Under the pieces are notes generated by a model, which worked only from the letters and a program-made list of their open reading frames with translations, searched no databases and was not told the origin of the DNA. Shown here piece after piece: positions 61,995 to 64,000 of a stretch of 64,000 nt of DNA. Made by a program: the position numbers and the translations under genes. Origin of the DNA: Candidatus Latescibacterota bacterium (GTDB lineage Bacteria > Latescibacterota > UBA2968); the NCBI GenBank assembly GCA_965198115.1, contig OZ240241.1, forward strand, positions 5,920,001 to 5,984,000. Direction: 5' to 3'. The stretch's first letter is position 1, and the number at the start of each line of letters is the position of its first letter.

Positions 61995-62171
61995 TGCACG
62001 GGCCTTGTTGGGGGTATGTGATCTCTCCAATCTCGGTTCTACCCCCGAATATACCCCCAAATACCCCCGGAAGTCAACGGACCACAATGGACGCCACCAG
62101 ACCATTCAGACAAAAAACCCGTAAGTCCGCGGAGACTTACGGGCCTTCTTGGACTTCTGCGAATTAAGAAA

Positions 62172-62539
62172 TGGTGGAGGCGGCGGGAATCGAACCCGCG
62201 TCCGAAAGCGCTTCTGCGACGGCGTCTACGTGTGTAGCCTGCCTACTTGAGTCTCGCGCGCCGTTGCCCCGGCAGGCTGGGTCAACGGCGCGCCAGCTAG
62301 AGACTATTTCGCTCCTGGTCCCTCTAGCGGAGGACCACGTGCTAGCCTGCTCTAGTCGACGCCCCGGTAGGGCCACACAGGCGAGGCCCAGCGGAACGGG
62401 CTGAACCTAACGGTTGGTCAGGCAGCCATTGCGTACGAGTTATCGTCCGCAGTTGCGGTTTTTCCCACGGTTTAACGAGGTAATGGACCTCGACACGCAG
62501 CCTTCGCATCCCCGCCCTCGTCGAAGCCTGATCGCCCCC
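62172..62539 (-). ncRNA. ssrA: tmRNA, tag peptide (A)ADDNSYAMAA encoded at 62418-62450
   Basis: 5' GGGGGCGAUCAGGCUUCGAC, 3' GGGUUCGAUUCCCGCCGCCUCCACCA, and a resume-codon context followed by a tag ending AA-stop. Confidence 0.96.
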
Positions 62540-62649
62540 ACAAGGTGAAGATACTGCCTGCCCGCTCGTAGCCTCAGCGCAGGCGAGTCCTTCTTCTTTC
62601 TTCTTTTCTTTCTTCTCAAAAGATACCGGCATCGCCATCCCGGGTCAAT

Positions 62650-63135
62650 TCACGAACTCGATCCGAGCTCGTTCTCCCGAGCGTTTGCAAGTTCGGCTTC
62701 CAGCTCATAGATCCGCTGTTGCAGATCTGCCGCGTTCCGTTCGCCACGAACGTTCTTACCGATCGACCGCACGATCGACCGCAAAACGAGCAGCGCGATG
62801 ACGATCGCGATGCCTTTCGAAACATTCAACACGATGTCCTGTACAAGCCTTCGCGTCTCACGGTCCTCTATCTGCTCTGCCCAGGCATCGATATTTTTCC
62901 CGTAAAACACAGACACGCCCTGATCGTTGATCAGCTCAATAATCCCGTTCTGAGGAGCGGCCGCGTTGAGTGAAATCGACTGGTCAAACTGATCTGTCAG
63001 CCGAATCGTCGTTCCCTCACGACTTCGAAGCTCCACGAGATGAGTCCCGTCCTGGTTTACAACCTGAATGATCCGGTCTGTCGAATCCTGGGCCACGAGG
63101 GGGGACACCAAGCAGAGAATCAGATAACGTCGCAT
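62650..63135 (-). CDS. Hypothetical exported/membrane protein
   Basis: AAGGAG RBS, signal peptide, one TM helix and a coiled-coil tail. Confidence 0.65.
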   Translation of the reverse strand: MRRYLILCLVSPLVAQDSTDRIIQVVNQDGTHLVELRSREGTTIRLTDQFDQSISLNAAAPQNGIIELINDQGVSVFYGKNIDAWAEQIEDRETRRLVQDIVLNVSKGIAIVIALLVLRSIVRSIGKNVRGERNAADLQQRIYELEAELANARENELGSSS

Positions 63136-63227
63136 TGTGGTACTCCTTGGGATAACAGGATTAACACAAATATACGACCAACTCACGCAGTGCAGCGGAA
63201 GCTGGACAGGATTCTGACAGCCGACAA

Positions 63228-64000
63228 TCATCCCCTTCGAGAGGTACTTTTCAGGTCCGAATAATTCGCCCAGATCATCTCTTCTTCTCCATCCTCATTC
63301 GCCGTGACCACGGGGCAGCCGTCGTCCGCCACCACGATCGATCCGCCCGCCTGAAAATGGTGGTATGAGAAACCAACGCGATTGCTGGCAACGATCGGCG
63401 CTCCGATCTCCTTCGCCCGGCGTAGCACTTTCTCGTCTTTTGCAAGGTTTCCACGGTTGTTCTGCCAGAAAATGAGATCTGGCCGATCGTTCTTGAATGG
63501 CTCCCAGGCTTCTTCCCGCGACCCATCCGCACAGATGATGCACCCGATCCGGAGACCTCCGACTTGCATCACAATCGTACCCTCGCCCGGCGAGATGATT
63601 CCTCGTTCCTGCCGATATCCTGCCTCGACAGGATTGTAATCGGCGATCCAGTCACTGTAATCGCCCGGACCGTATGAGTTTATGTTGGGCCAGAGGTAAC
63701 TCTTCCGATACACGCCCACAACGCCCTCGGGCCCGACCCAGACCATCGAAATGTAGGGCCGGTTCTGATGGACCTCGTTGAGCCCCAACGCGACATAGCC
63801 CCCGAATTGCTTGGCGAGATGGCAGAACCCGTAAACCTCGGGGCCGTCGATGCTCCGCCCGTGACGAAGTGGCTCGGGCGTGTAGTCCGAGGTCAAACCC
63901 TCGTGAAGAAACACGTAGTCAGCGCCTTCCCTGAACGCCCGTCGAGTCCAGATCATCGCCTTATGGACATTGTGATTGACTTCACACGCGATCGTATCCA
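63228..64000 (-). CDS. Carbon-nitrogen hydrolase (nitrilase family), 5' end outside the window
   Basis: E-K-C triad motifs FLHEG, YRKSYL and IICADG. Frame is open to the window edge. Confidence 0.88.
   Translation of the reverse strand, partial: DTIACEVNHNVHKAMIWTRRAFREGADYVFLHEGLTSDYTPEPLRHGRSIDGPEVYGFCHLAKQFGGYVALGLNEVHQNRPYISMVWVGPEGVVGVYRKSYLWPNINSYGPGDYSDWIADYNPVEAGYRQERGIISPGEGTIVMQVGGLRIGCIICADGSREEAWEPFKNDRPDLIFWQNNRGNLAKDEKVLRRAKEIGAPIVASNRVGFSYHHFQAGGSIVVADDGCPVVTANEDGEEEMIWANYSDLKSTSRRG

Larger units (their letters stand above)
25858..62182. mobile_element. ~36.3 kb genomic island integrated at the tmRNA 3' end
   Basis: Direct repeat TGGTGGAGGCG at 25858-25868 and 62172-62182 (tmRNA 3' end). 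P4-like integrase next to ssrA, TACCCCC arm-type repeats inside both ends, and mosaic cargo. Confidence 0.85.

Noticed and set aside
1-64000. CRISPR array, retron/DGR reverse transcriptase, or integron cassette array
   Set aside because: I found no regularly spaced repeat-spacer series, no RT motifs and no attC-like series. The recombinase at 54.4 kb lacks recognisable IntI features.

Overview
GC-rich bacterial chromosome segment with many IS elements, frameshifts and premature stops, which could be real decay or long-read indel error. A DUF6785/DUF6784-type membrane protein loosely hints at a Latescibacterota/Poribacteria-like host. Bases 1-25.8 kb are housekeeping and accessory genes: ligD, ggt, an ECF sigma/YciI cluster, IS1380, IS256, a sulfatase, an egtD plus ABC-transporter operon, trmB, a Sec-containing deiodinase-like gene and a TauD-family gene. 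Bases 25,858-62,182 form a ~36 kb decaying genomic island at the 3' end of the tmRNA gene (62,172-62,539). It has a P4-like integrase with its catalytic Arg changed to Gln, AlpA, terS-like genes, repA remnants and defence-type cargo (Avs2-like STAND NTPase, broken type I R-M, HEPN-motif, DUF3800 and NucS-like genes). The most striking item is a 2.46 kb IS1-family cargo transposon (34,091-36,551; perfect 18-bp IRs, 8-bp TSD). It carries a DUF5343-like gene and an intact tRNA gene that combines an alanine acceptor stem (G3:U70, A73) with an isoleucine UAU anticodon. A predicted promoter and terminator bracket the tRNA on the opposite strand. This is a candidate mistranslating-tRNA toxin or defence module with an antisense antitoxin. 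All family assignments come from motif recognition by eye, not from database searches.
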